Virus record (IMG/VR): IMGVR_UViG_2806311045_000001
Location: 6,218-70,217 of that record
From: a virus
Lineage: Duplodnaviria; Caudoviricetes
Length of the DNA: 64,000 nucleotides
Reading direction: 5' to 3' (one strand)
The notes under the pieces were generated by a model. It did no database searches. It worked only from the letters and a program-made list of their open reading frames with translations, and was not told the origin of the DNA. Made by a program: the position numbers and the translations under genes. This document shows positions 1 to 9,375 of the stretch, piece by piece (positions within the stretch are counted from its first letter, which is position 1; each line of letters starts with the position of its first letter).

Positions 1-584
1 ACCACCGCCGCCTCGGCCTCGTTGACGACCAGTTGGCGGTCACGCACGTCGTAGCCCAGGGGCGGCACGCCGCCCATCCACAGCCCCTTGCGTTTGGACG
101 CCGCGATCTTGTCGCGGATCCGCTCGCCGGTGACCTCGCGCTCGAACTGCGCGAAGGACAGCAGGACGTTGAGCATCAGCCGCCCCATCGAGGTGGTGGT
201 GTTGAACTGCTGCGTCACCGACACGAAGGACACGTCGTGGCGCTCGAACACCTCGACCATCTTGGAGAAGTCCGCCAGGCTGCGGGTCAGGCGGTCGATT
301 TTGTAGACCACGACGATGTCGATGCGTCCGCGCTCGATGTCCGCCAGCAGGCGCCGCAGGCCGGGCCGGTCGGTGTTGCCGCCGGAGAACCCTGGGTCAT
401 CGTAGTCGTCGGCCACCGAGATCCAGCCTTCGGAGCGCTGGCTTGCGATGAATGCATGGCCCGCCTCCTTCTGCGCATCGATGGAGTTGAATTCCTGATC
501 CAGCCGCTCGTCGGTGGAGACGCGGCAGTACACCGCGCAGCGTTTGCGCGGCTTGGTGGAGGCGATCTGTGCGGCGCCGGTCAT
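1..584 (-). CDS. Large serine recombinase (N-terminal part, runs off window)
   Basis: Manual translation MTGAAQIASTKPRKRCAVYCRVSTDE...VVYKIDRLTRS...MGRLMLNVLLSFAQFERE; YCRVST and DRLTR(S) resolvase motifs; ATG overlaps upstream stop (ATGA). Confidence 0.93.
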   Translation of the reverse strand, partial: MTGAAQIASTKPRKRCAVYCRVSTDERLDQEFNSIDAQKEAGHAFIASQRSEGWISVADDYDDPGFSGGNTDRPGLRRLLADIERGRIDIVVVYKIDRLTRSLADFSKMVEVFERHDVSFVSVTQQFNTTTSMGRLMLNVLLSFAQFEREVTGERIRDKIAASKRKGLWMGGVPPLGYDVRDRQLVVNEAEAAV

Positions 585-1033
585 CGTGCTCCTCCCTTGG
601 TCAGGCCAAAGAACAGCGGGCCAGACCAGTGTGTGCCGGTAATGTGCCGCGCCAGGGCGGTCAGGCTCTTGAAGGGCTTGCCTTCATATTCAAAGCTACC
701 CTCGGCGGTGACGACGGCCTGATGTTCGCGCCCGCCCCATTCGCGCGAGATGACCGTGCCAGGGACGAAGTGCAGTTCGCGCGACTGCGCACGCTTGGGG
801 ATCTTCGAGTGCGAGGCACCGATACGCTCCAGACGTTCGCGCGTGACAGGCGACAACCCGCCGAAGGCTTCCTCCTGCAGCTTGTAGGCGATGCGCGATT
901 CGATGAAATCCCGGTTCGGCTTGGCCGGACGGTAGTCGAAGTACCGATCCCACAGCTTCCAGAGCTCGGGCATGGGGGCACGGCCCAGTTCGGCGATGCG
1001 GGCAGCGATGGAGGTTGGGTTGGCGTTCATCAC
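581..1033 (-). CDS. DUF2924-like protein (recombinase-associated)
   Basis: REWGG..H.V.V...F.YEG..FKSLTALARHITGTHWSGPLFFGL signature; translationally coupled to recombinase. Confidence 0.85.
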   Translation of the reverse strand: MMNANPTSIAARIAELGRAPMPELWKLWDRYFDYRPAKPNRDFIESRIAYKLQEEAFGGLSPVTRERLERIGASHSKIPKRAQSRELHFVPGTVISREWGGREHQAVVTAEGSFEYEGKPFKSLTALARHITGTHWSGPLFFGLTKGGAR

Positions 1034-1221
1034 AACGTCTCTCGTTGATAGGGAGTTGCATGTACGCGCTGGTCGGGCACAAAGCCAAGTCCAACCGCGC
1101 TATCTGCTGCGTGTGGCGCGGTGAGCGTGCGGACGATGGCGGATGCCAGGATGGTGGTGATCTCGGTGGCGCGCTCGCCGGCCGAGAGTTGGGAAGGGCA
1201 GGGTAGTTCGATGGACTTCAT
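1030..1221 (-). CDS. Small hypothetical protein
   Basis: ORF MKSIELPCPSQLSAGERATEITTILASAIVR; stop overlaps DUF2924 start. Confidence 0.55.
   Translation of the reverse strand: MKSIELPCPSQLSAGERATEITTILASAIVRTLTAPHAADSAVGLGFVPDQRVHATPYQRETL
1060..1089 (-). promoter_or_regulatory. 30-bp phage motif copy 1 (upstream of DUF2924/recombinase)
   Basis: Minus strand CTTGGCTT-tgtgccc-GACCAGCGCGTACAT, 27 nt before 1033 start. Confidence 0.7.
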
Positions 1222-1332
1222 GACAGCTTCGCGGAATGAAACTGCCATGGATGGTGGGGTGAATCGTCTGAAGCGGATAGTAAAGGAGGGTAATGAAGCC
1301 CACCAGTGACTACCTGTCAGATCGAGCCCTGG

Positions 1333-2511
1333 CTAATACAGCTGGAATCCATCCAGCCACTGCAGGAGTTCCTGCCCCGTTCGCTTTCGCAAGTCGATGG
1401 CATCAGCTTCGCGTAACGCCCACAATTTCCAGGTAACGAACCGCTTGTCGGCATGCCCCTCAGCTGTCAGGCTAGCCTCGACTTCCGATACCAGGGTCCT
1501 GAGCCGATCTGCCCGATCCCTTCCGTTCATCGCCGAGTTCAGCAGATCCTCCCGCTGCTTCTTCAATGCCGCTGCCGCCGCCGCAATCTCTTGTCGCTTT
1601 CGTTCTTCCGCTTCCTTTGCTTTTCGAGCCGCGTCCACTCGGCGCCGGGTCAAATCGTGATATCGCCAGTCGATCCAATCACGAAACCGCCGCTCCTTCT
1701 CAGACAGAAGCATCAACGTCATCGACGTGAAGAGCGGTATGTCAAAGCTCGTGAAGGTGTAGACACCTTTGTCCGGTTCGTCATTGCGACTGTCGGATTC
1801 GAACCGAATCTGAAATGGTCCGCTAATTGCTGTTTTGTCCTTGAGTGGCAATCGCCCATTCCGGGTCGTGAGCCCCACCTCAAAGCCCTTGCTGTATTGC
1901 CCGCAGGCTACACGCAGTTGGATGTGCCGTGTGCCGCTGGAACTCGGCTTGAAGCCCAGGTCGGTCCACCACCAGAGCAACAGGCTCAAACCGGAGAGCA
2001 GGCGGCGCCCCTCCGGACTGACGAACTCAGGCTTCCGCTCCCAACTGTAAGTCAACACGAGCTGTGCGCGTCGCTCGTCCTCGACCATGAGCTTCTCGAC
2101 TGCTGGATGCGTTCCCCGCGCCGATTTCGGCAAAGCTACGCAGTCGATCAATTCCTCATATCGACGCAAAGTCTGCTCGATGCTCTCCTTGAAAGCAGGC
2201 ATTGGCGGGATGGGGGTATCCAGATCATCCGGATCAACTTTAGGGATTAGATCGGTGACTGCATCATGGTCTTCTTCGATCTGTTCGGCTACGGAGTAGG
2301 TCAGCGCAGGTTTGACATAGCGCCGCTTACCGCTTCCTCCAGCGGCGAGGCTGGCCCAATAGCCGGCCATTGGCGCGGGCACATTGAGTTGCCTGCACAT
2401 TTTGCCGATCATCACGTCGGACACACCGAGTTCCTTGGCGAGCTGTGTCCTCGGTTTGCTCCAAACGAGGTCATAGAGCTGTCTTCGTCCGATACCCAGC
2501 AACTTGTTCAT
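1333..2511 (-). CDS. Hypothetical protein, N-terminal HTH-like region, C-terminal coiled coil
   Basis: 392-aa ORF; RRQLYDLVWSKPRTQLAKELGVSDVMIGKMCRQLNVP..GYW resembles an HTH. Confidence 0.7.
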   Translation of the reverse strand: MNKLLGIGRRQLYDLVWSKPRTQLAKELGVSDVMIGKMCRQLNVPAPMAGYWASLAAGGSGKRRYVKPALTYSVAEQIEEDHDAVTDLIPKVDPDDLDTPIPPMPAFKESIEQTLRRYEELIDCVALPKSARGTHPAVEKLMVEDERRAQLVLTYSWERKPEFVSPEGRRLLSGLSLLLWWWTDLGFKPSSSGTRHIQLRVACGQYSKGFEVGLTTRNGRLPLKDKTAISGPFQIRFESDSRNDEPDKGVYTFTSFDIPLFTSMTLMLLSEKERRFRDWIDWRYHDLTRRRVDAARKAKEAEERKRQEIAAAAAALKKQREDLLNSAMNGRDRADRLRTLVSEVEASLTAEGHADKRFVTWKLWALREADAIDLRKRTGQELLQWLDGFQLY

Positions 2512-2669
2512 TCGGAGCGCTCCTGTAGGTGGAGCCTCAACGATAGCAACAGAAGGTGATGCCAGTCATGGGCGAGCCTTCGGAAATGGCTTGTGACGCG
2601 ATACCTCGACAATCACAGATCCGGCTTAGCACTGCCTACCGCACTCAGCGACCAGCCGCCTAAGGATGC

Positions 2670-4907
2670 TCAATCAAGCAACGTCTCCGCTTCCGCGGCC
2701 TCGTCCTCCAACGGCTCCTCGGTGCTCGGCAGGTGCAGCTGCCAAGCGTGCGCGCCCTTGACCTTCACCAGATAGTCGCGCCAAGACGATGCTTTGGAAA
2801 AGAGGTTCGCGGGCGTCGCGCAGCCGGTGTCCTCCATCAGCTTCTTGGTGTTCACGTGCGGCGTGCCGGCGGCGTAGGCGTCCACCAGGCGCTGCAGCAC
2901 AGCGATCTTCGCCTTGCCCGTGACGCGCCAGGGCGCTCGGCCGGGCACGGACAGCAGGGCCGCATACCCGTCCGCCGAGACCTTGAGGCTGATGGCGGTA
3001 CCGCCCATGGCCGCCTGGTGGCCGTGCCGGTACAGCACCTTCAAACGCGCGAGATCGACGGCCGTGCCCGACTGGGCGGGCGAGAGGATGTCCTGGACCG
3101 GCACCACCACGTTCGTGCCCGCAAACGGAAACGGCGCTGGCGACGTGGTCAGCACAATGCCCGGCACGGCGCGCGGGCGCAGCCGCAGCGCGGCATCGAC
3201 CCGGGCGTATTGGCGCTCGCTGGCCATGCGGGTGGCGAAGTACAGTGCGATGGGCGAGCCATCGACGTCGAGTTCGCCGAGGAACACCGGCTCGTCATCG
3301 AGGTGCCGGCCCCGCACACCCTGCAGCGTGCTGCCGAGCGCGGTAATGATCTCCTCGCGCAGCCAGTTCAGGTGGACTTTCCAGCGCCGCGCATGCTTGG
3401 CGGACAGCATCACGTCATCACCGGTCAGGGGATCGCGGTAGCGCACGAAATTCGCATCAGCACAACGCTCAAGCGGCACCGCACTGCGCGTGCCATCGGC
3501 CAGTTCGACCACCTTCTCCGAAATGCGGTCGCCTTCGGTGAGGATGCCCTCGTCCTCGAAGCGCGCGATGTCGATGCCCAGCTGGGCGAGCGCAAAGCCA
3601 TCCATCGGACTGGTGGCGCACTCCAGCAATCGCGCGACCTGCCCGATCAGGTCCGGATCATCCAGGCCGGAACCAGGGTTGAGTGGCTTTAACACATCCA
3701 GCGCCTCCAACAGCTGCGTGCCGGCGAGCCGCAGACGCAGGTCGCGCTCGCTTTGCAGGCTGCATCGCCCCGGCTCGGCCAGCACAATGGACAGCGGCGT
3801 TTCCGTGGTTTCCCCCGCGAACACAAGATCCGCCACCAGGGTGACGCCCAGGATGGCCGCCGGCTGCGAGAAGGGGTGGTTGCCCCACAACTCGCCAAGC
3901 ACGTCGTGCAGTTCCGCACCACTGTCGAGATGCACGGTCACTGCATCGCTGGCGTGGCCGAGCAGTGCGCGCGCTTCGGCCAGATACAAGCGCTCGACCT
4001 TGGCGCCATCCAGGCGCGGCTTTACCCCGCTCAAGGGCTGGGCGAACGGCGACAAATCGTAGCGCGAGCGGTTGAGCGGCCGGCTGGACAGCGGCACCTT
4101 GAACCCGTGCGCCGACAGCACGTTGGCCAGCGGTGCTCGGGTCGAGAGCGTATGCGCGTAGACCTCGACCACCTTGCGCTCGGGCGCGTAGACCAGCGTG
4201 GCGTCTCGTGCGGGGAAGTAGCAGAAGCTGCGCCGGTTCCGGTTGACGACCTGCACCGCGGTGACCTGCTCGCCAGCGAAGCGCACGACCAGGCAGTGGG
4301 CAATCGCTGCCTCGCCGTCGTTCGGCTCATCCGCCAGCGCGACGTGTACGACCTCGCAGGGCTCGGCCAGCCGCATCGCCCGCGTGAGCTCCGCTTCCAG
4401 TTCCCGCTTCACCTTGTCGTTCCAAAGGAAGGGCGGCGGATCGTCGCACGGCACGTCGAAGGCGTCATAGAGCCGCTTGTTGCCCCGGATGTCCGCGGTG
4501 TTCAAGATCGACTCGGCGATCTCGAACAGGCGCGCGGTCGCGTCGGAATGCGCGCGCATCCAGACCGCGCGCCCGAATTCGCCACCGGGCTGCGACAGGA
4601 AGGTGGCGAACAGATCGGCGTCGTTCAGCTGGTCCGCCACGCTGGTGAGGATGGCTGAGCCGCGCGACGATGAGAGACGCACGATGCGCAGCGCTTCACG
4701 CTCGGCGGGCTCGCGTTGCTCGCGACGCAGGTGTCGGATGTGCTCCAGCAGCGCACCCGCGAGCGCGGATTCCTCTTGCGACCAGTCGAATCCGCGGCTC
4801 AGCGCCTCGCACTCGGGCAGGCCGCTGAACACCCGCAGCACGGCAACCGGCGCGTGTTCGATGAGATCGAGCAGATTGCTCGCGTTGGTCAGGAGCTTCC
4901 TGGCCAT
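2670..4907 (-). CDS. Large hypothetical protein, possible C-terminal winged-helix
   Basis: 745-aa ORF with coding-like composition; no catalytic motif recognised. Confidence 0.75.
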   Translation of the reverse strand: MARKLLTNASNLLDLIEHAPVAVLRVFSGLPECEALSRGFDWSQEESALAGALLEHIRHLRREQREPAEREALRIVRLSSSRGSAILTSVADQLNDADLFATFLSQPGGEFGRAVWMRAHSDATARLFEIAESILNTADIRGNKRLYDAFDVPCDDPPPFLWNDKVKRELEAELTRAMRLAEPCEVVHVALADEPNDGEAAIAHCLVVRFAGEQVTAVQVVNRNRRSFCYFPARDATLVYAPERKVVEVYAHTLSTRAPLANVLSAHGFKVPLSSRPLNRSRYDLSPFAQPLSGVKPRLDGAKVERLYLAEARALLGHASDAVTVHLDSGAELHDVLGELWGNHPFSQPAAILGVTLVADLVFAGETTETPLSIVLAEPGRCSLQSERDLRLRLAGTQLLEALDVLKPLNPGSGLDDPDLIGQVARLLECATSPMDGFALAQLGIDIARFEDEGILTEGDRISEKVVELADGTRSAVPLERCADANFVRYRDPLTGDDVMLSAKHARRWKVHLNWLREEIITALGSTLQGVRGRHLDDEPVFLGELDVDGSPIALYFATRMASERQYARVDAALRLRPRAVPGIVLTTSPAPFPFAGTNVVVPVQDILSPAQSGTAVDLARLKVLYRHGHQAAMGGTAISLKVSADGYAALLSVPGRAPWRVTGKAKIAVLQRLVDAYAAGTPHVNTKKLMEDTGCATPANLFSKASSWRDYLVKVKGAHAWQLHLPSTEEPLEDEAAEAETLLD

Positions 4908-4956
4908 GTGTGGTTCCCCGTTCTTGTTTTTGGTGTGGCATCCGGCAGAGCCGGCG

Positions 4957-5418
4957 TCAGTACCCCATATCGAGCGCCTGAGCCTGCTCGGTCAATGCCT
5001 CCAGCGCCTCGCGGCGCTGCGTGTCCAGGCGCTTCTTGTAGTCGACGACATCCCGGTAGCGCACGCGGCGATGCGTGCCGATCTTGTGGAACGGGATGTC
5101 GCCTTTCTCCAGCATCTGCACAAGAAATGGGCGGGACACCCCGAGCATCTGAGCGGCCTCCTGGGTGGTGAGTTCCGCATGCACCGGCACGACGGACACC
5201 GCGCAGCCCTTTTCGATCTGGTCCAGCACGTCTTGCAGCAACTGCAGCGCCGCGGCCGGCATCTGCACGCTCCGCACGCGCCCGCTGCCGTCGCGGAAGT
5301 CCACCTGGCGAACGCCGGAGCCGGCCTCAAACACGGTAGCCAGCGCGCGGCGGGCCTCTCGGGCCAACGCCACGTCCTCTTCGGATGGCAGCACTCTGGT
5401 GATGGAGGAGACGTTCAT
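4957..5418 (-). CDS. Excisionase-family (HTH_17) DNA-binding protein
   Basis: ELTTQEAAQMLGVSRPFLVQMLEKGDIPFHKIGTHRRV motif. Confidence 0.88.
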   Translation of the reverse strand: MNVSSITRVLPSEEDVALAREARRALATVFEAGSGVRQVDFRDGSGRVRSVQMPAAALQLLQDVLDQIEKGCAVSVVPVHAELTTQEAAQMLGVSRPFLVQMLEKGDIPFHKIGTHRRVRYRDVVDYKKRLDTQRREALEALTEQAQALDMGY

Positions 5419-5464
5419 GGGCAATCGCTCAGCGCGGCAAATCTGGAAGGGGCGCGATTCTATT

Positions 5465-5494
5465 CGAAACAAACGAAATCGAAATAAGCGAAAC
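5465..5494. repeat. Four CGAAA(C/T) direct repeats, candidate operator
   Basis: CGAAAC 5465, CGAAAT 5474, CGAAAT 5480, CGAAAC 5489 upstream of the HTH_17 gene. Confidence 0.5.
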
Positions 5495-5645
5495 GCAAGC
5501 CGGGTTCTATATGGGGCAAGGCTTTGCGGCTTGCACGCTGTCCGCGAGTCCGATCTGGGAACTCGTCAAAACCCAAATTTCGCTCGCCCAAGCCCAAGGC
5601 GTCGGGCAATGAAATAGAGCCTCTTTCAACAAGAGGACTCTCTTC

Positions 5646-5909
5646 ATGGCAATTCTTTCCTCACCTGTTCAATTGGGTCGCCACACCCGCCGGCACGAGG
5701 CACCGGCCCCTGTGCGTGCCGCGCTGGACGAGACCGAGCTCGCCAAGCGCTGGGGGCTGTCGGTCAAGACGCTGCGGCGCTGGCGCCAGGACCAGCTTGG
5801 CCCCGTCTTCTGCAAGCTCGGCTCCCGCGTCACCTACCTGATCTCCGAAATCGAAGCCTTCGAGCGGTGCGTCTCGCGCAATTCGACGTCGGTTCGTGCG
5901 TACCACTGA
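5646..5909 (+). CDS. HTH/AlpA-excisionase-like protein
   Basis: LDETELAKRWGLSVKTLRRWR..GP.FCKLGSRVTY. Confidence 0.85.
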   Translation: MAILSSPVQLGRHTRRHEAPAPVRAALDETELAKRWGLSVKTLRRWRQDQLGPVFCKLGSRVTYLISEIEAFERCVSRNSTSVRAYH

Positions 5910-5919
5910 GGAGGCAGCC

Positions 5920-6402
5920 ATGACGAATCTGATCCCGCTGCCGGCCGACATCGCCAGCATGTCCGTGAGCGAACTGGCAAAACTCTCGCCTGAGCGCAAG
6001 CACGAGCTTGATGCCACCCTCGATACCGCCATCGCTTGGCTCAAAACGGCACGCACCAAGCTCGATGCTGCATTCGACCAGTGCTACGGCGAGCAAGCGC
6101 GCGCCGCGCTGCGTAAGTCCGGCCGCGACTTCGGCACCGCCCATGTTGTCGATGGGCCGTTGCGCATCAAGTGCGAGTTGCCCAAAAGGGTTAGCTGGAA
6201 CCAAAAGCAGTTGACCGAGATCGCTGGGCGCATCGCCGCCGCGGGCGAGCAGATCGACGCCTATATCGACGTCAAGCTGACGGTGCCTGAGTCCCGTTAC
6301 AACAACTGGCCGCCCGCGCTGCGGGAGCAGTTCGCGGATGCACGCACGGTGGAGCCGGCCAAGCCGTCGTTCACTCTGACCTGCGACGGGGTGGCTGCAT
6401 GA
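5920..6402 (+). CDS. Conserved phage hypothetical protein
   Basis: GAGG RBS, ORF in early operon, stop overlaps next start. Confidence 0.75.
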   Translation: MTNLIPLPADIASMSVSELAKLSPERKHELDATLDTAIAWLKTARTKLDAAFDQCYGEQARAALRKSGRDFGTAHVVDGPLRIKCELPKRVSWNQKQLTEIAGRIAAAGEQIDAYIDVKLTVPESRYNNWPPALREQFADARTVEPAKPSFTLTCDGVAA

Positions 6403-7259
6403 GCCGGCTCCCCATCGTCAGCGCGCAGGAGCGCATGGCCGAGCGTCGGGGCGTGAAGCTGCTGCTGCTCGGCAAAAGCGGCATCGGCAAGACCACGCGC
6501 CTGAAGGACCTCGATCCGGCCACCACGCTGTTCATCGACGTCGAAGCCGGTGACCTGTCGGTGGCCGACTGGCCGGGCGACACCATTCGTCCCGCGTCCT
6601 GGCCGGAGACCCGAGACTTCTTCGCGTTCCTCGCGGGCCCCGACCAGTCGCTGCCGCCGCAGAGCGCGTTCTCGCAGGCGCACTACGACCACGTGGTCGA
6701 GAAGTACGGCGATCCCGCGCAGCTCGAGCGCTACCAGACCTTCTTTGTCGACTCGATCACGCAACTGTCGCGCCAGTGCTTTGCGTGGTGCAAGACGCAG
6801 CCGGGGGCGACCAGCGACCGCTCGGGCAAGCCCGACGTGCGCGCGGCCTACGGCCTGCTCGGCCAGGAAATGGTCGGGGCGCTCACGCACCTGCAGCACG
6901 CCCGCGGCAAGAACGTCGTCTTCGTCGCGATCCTCGACGAGCGGCTGGACGACTTCAACCGCAAGGTCTTCGTACCCCAGATCGAGGGCAGCAAGACCGG
7001 GCTGGAGCTGCCGGGCATCGTGGACGAGGTCGTGACGCTCGCCGAGATCAAGGCCGAGGACGGCAGCAGCTACCGCGCCTTCGTCACCCAGACCGTCAAT
7101 CCGTTCGGCTTTCCCGCCAAGGACCGCAGCGGCCGGCTCGACCTGCTGGAGCCGCCGCACCTGGGCGCGCTGATCGCCAAGTGCGCGGGCGCCGGCCATC
7201 TGGCCACCCACCTGAACGCGACCCCGAACACCACCGAACACGCAGAGCACATCGAATGA
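6399..7259 (+). CDS. AAA_24/Sak4-like ATPase
   Basis: Walker A GKSGIGKT, Walker B FVDSIT. Confidence 0.88.
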   Translation: MSRLPIVSAQERMAERRGVKLLLLGKSGIGKTTRLKDLDPATTLFIDVEAGDLSVADWPGDTIRPASWPETRDFFAFLAGPDQSLPPQSAFSQAHYDHVVEKYGDPAQLERYQTFFVDSITQLSRQCFAWCKTQPGATSDRSGKPDVRAAYGLLGQEMVGALTHLQHARGKNVVFVAILDERLDDFNRKVFVPQIEGSKTGLELPGIVDEVVTLAEIKAEDGSSYRAFVTQTVNPFGFPAKDRSGRLDLLEPPHLGALIAKCAGAGHLATHLNATPNTTEHAEHIE

Positions 7260-7897
7260 ATACCGCAATGACCTACAACGCTTGGCAAGACTTCAACGAC
7301 GCTGACCAGCAGCAAGGTTTCGACCTGATCCCGAAAGGCACGCTGGTGCCGGTGCGCATGATCCTCAAGCCGGGCGGCTATGACGACCCCTCCCAGGGCT
7401 GGGTGGGCGGCTACGCGAGCGAGTCGTTCGAGACCGGTTCGGTCTACCTGGCCGCCGAGTTCGTCGTGACTGGTGGCGAGCACGCCAAGCGCAAGCTGTG
7501 GAGCAACATCGGCCTGCACTCGCCCAAGGGCGCGACCTGGGGCCAGATGGGGCGCAGCTTCGTGCGTGCGGCGCTCAACAGCGCCCGCAACGTCCACCCG
7601 CAGGACAACTCGTCGCAGGCCGCCGCCGCGCGCCGTATCCAGGGTTTCCATGAGCTCGACGGGCTGGAGTTCATCGTCCGCGTCGACATCGAAAAGGATC
7701 CCAAGGGCGAGGACCGCAACGTGATCCGGCTCGCCATCGAGCCCGACCACCCGGAATACGCCCGGCTCAAGGGCGCGCCGCCCAAGACCAACCCCGGTGG
7801 AGGCACGTCCGGCGCACCCGCGCAGCCTGTGCCGTCCCGTGCCGCGCCCACCGCGCAGCGCGCGCCTGTGACCGCCAAGCCCGCCTGGGCCCAGTGA
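7256..7897 (+). CDS. Probable ssDNA-binding protein (DUF669-like)
   Basis: DFNDA...FDLIPKGT.V.V N-terminus; follows Sak4-like gene; Pro/Ala-rich tail. Confidence 0.65.
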   Translation: MNTAMTYNAWQDFNDADQQQGFDLIPKGTLVPVRMILKPGGYDDPSQGWVGGYASESFETGSVYLAAEFVVTGGEHAKRKLWSNIGLHSPKGATWGQMGRSFVRAALNSARNVHPQDNSSQAAAARRIQGFHELDGLEFIVRVDIEKDPKGEDRNVIRLAIEPDHPEYARLKGAPPKTNPGGGTSGAPAQPVPSRAAPTAQRAPVTAKPAWAQ

Positions 7898-7904
7898 GGG
7901 AGGA

Positions 7905-8381
7905 ATGAAATGCTGGGTCTGCAAACGGCAGGCCCGGGGATTCACGCACGCCGACACCCGCCACGGTGTCGGCGATCCCCGGCGCTTTGTACCGGATTGG
8001 GTGTTCTGCTCGCGCCGCTGCCAGGACGCGTTTCACGCGCTGTATGGCAGCTGGCGTCGGGCCATGGAGGGACAGCACAGGGAGGGCAGCATGCTTGACG
8101 CATCCGACATCGAACGCACGGCCATGCGCACGTGCCTGAAGGCATTCGGCCGGGTGGCCGAAGAGATCGGCTTCACCAAGCCGCTGGCGGCCTACACCGA
8201 GGCCGAGGCACTGCGCGTCATTGATGCCATCGTGACCGGCTACACCGAAGCGATGGTCGAGCACCACGAGACCACCCGCATGCCGCCGGTGCGCGGCAGC
8301 GCAGCTGCCAAGGCCACGGCGCGGGATCCGTTCGCCGAGCTCGAAGAGCTGCCGTGGGAAGACGCTGAGGGGGCTGCGTAA
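7905..8381 (+). CDS. DUF6511-like Cys-containing phage protein
   Basis: CWVC...FCSRRCQ putative Zn motif. Confidence 0.65.
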   Translation: MKCWVCKRQARGFTHADTRHGVGDPRRFVPDWVFCSRRCQDAFHALYGSWRRAMEGQHREGSMLDASDIERTAMRTCLKAFGRVAEEIGFTKPLAAYTEAEALRVIDAIVTGYTEAMVEHHETTRMPPVRGSAAAKATARDPFAELEELPWEDAEGAA

Positions 8382-9118
8382 TGCTGGACTTCAATTCCTC
8401 GGCCAGCCTCTCCGGGCGGGTGGCCTCGCTGGTCGACATCGGCCTGCAGCGTGCCCGTGCGGGCGAGCCGGTACGTCAGTACCTGGGCGCGTCGCGCCTG
8501 GGTGTGGCCTGCGAGCGCGCGCTGCAGTACGAGTTCGCCCAGGCACCGGTCGACTACGGCCGCGAGCATGGCGGCCGGATGCTGCGCATCTTCGAACGCG
8601 GCCACGTGATCGAAGACTGCATGGTCGACTGGCTGCGTGGCGCGGGCTTTGACCTGCGCACGCACAAGCCCAACGGCGACCAATTCGGCTTCGCGGCCGC
8701 TGACGGTCGCCTGAAAGGGCACATCGATGGCCTCATCGTCGCAGGCCCCGAGGGCTTCGGCTACCCGATGCTGTGGGAGAACAAGTGTCTCGGCAACAAG
8801 TCCTGGCGTGATCTGCAGAAGCACAAGCTCGCCGTGGCCAAGCCGGTCTATGCCGCCCAGGTCGCGCTGTACCAGGCGTATCTCGAGTTGCACGAGCACC
8901 CGGCGCTCTTCACGGCGCTCAACGCCGACACGATGGAGCTCTACGCCGAGTTCGTGCCGTTCGATGCGGCGCTGGCCCAGCGCATGTCCGATCGCGCAGT
9001 GAAGGTGATCTGTGCGACCGACGCGGGCGAACTGCTGCCACGCGCGTTCAGCGACCCGACCCACTTCGAATGCCGGATGTGCGCGTGGCAGGACCGTTGC
9101 TGGAGGGCGCACGCATGA
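8381..9118 (+). CDS. PD-(D/E)XK exonuclease (Cas4-like fold, phage type)
   Basis: GHIDG...WENK, AQVALYQ, Cys at ACER and CRMC..C. Confidence 0.82.
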   Translation: MLDFNSSASLSGRVASLVDIGLQRARAGEPVRQYLGASRLGVACERALQYEFAQAPVDYGREHGGRMLRIFERGHVIEDCMVDWLRGAGFDLRTHKPNGDQFGFAAADGRLKGHIDGLIVAGPEGFGYPMLWENKCLGNKSWRDLQKHKLAVAKPVYAAQVALYQAYLELHEHPALFTALNADTMELYAEFVPFDAALAQRMSDRAVKVICATDAGELLPRAFSDPTHFECRMCAWQDRCWRAHA

Positions 9119-9375
9119 GCCACGCCAATCAAGCACGTCCGGCCGACACGGGCGAGCCGATGATCGACGCCAAGGAGGCCGCGGCCGCATTGCGCCTACC
9201 GTACTACTGGTTCGCCGACCACACCATGCGCGCGCGCTACCGGATCCCGCACTACCTGCTGGGGGCTCTGGTGCGCTACCGCCTGTCCGAGCTCACGGCT
9301 TGGCTGGCGAACGCCGCGCTGCAGCCGCGCGAGACGGACCCTGCCACCGGTATGCCGGGGGAGGGCGTGCAATGA
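9115..9375 (+). CDS. Small HTH DNA-binding protein
   Basis: MIDAKEAAAALRLPYYWF...IPHYLLGALVRYRLSEL. Confidence 0.72.
   Translation: MSHANQARPADTGEPMIDAKEAAAALRLPYYWFADHTMRARYRIPHYLLGALVRYRLSELTAWLANAALQPRETDPATGMPGEGVQ

Noticed and set aside
33-722. 229-aa plus-strand ORF
   Set aside because: Shadow of the minus-strand serine recombinase and DUF2924, which carry clear motifs.
8381-9118. Cas4-like nuclease as a sign of CRISPR-Cas
   Set aside because: No repeat-spacer array or other cas genes seen; it sits in a phage recombination operon.
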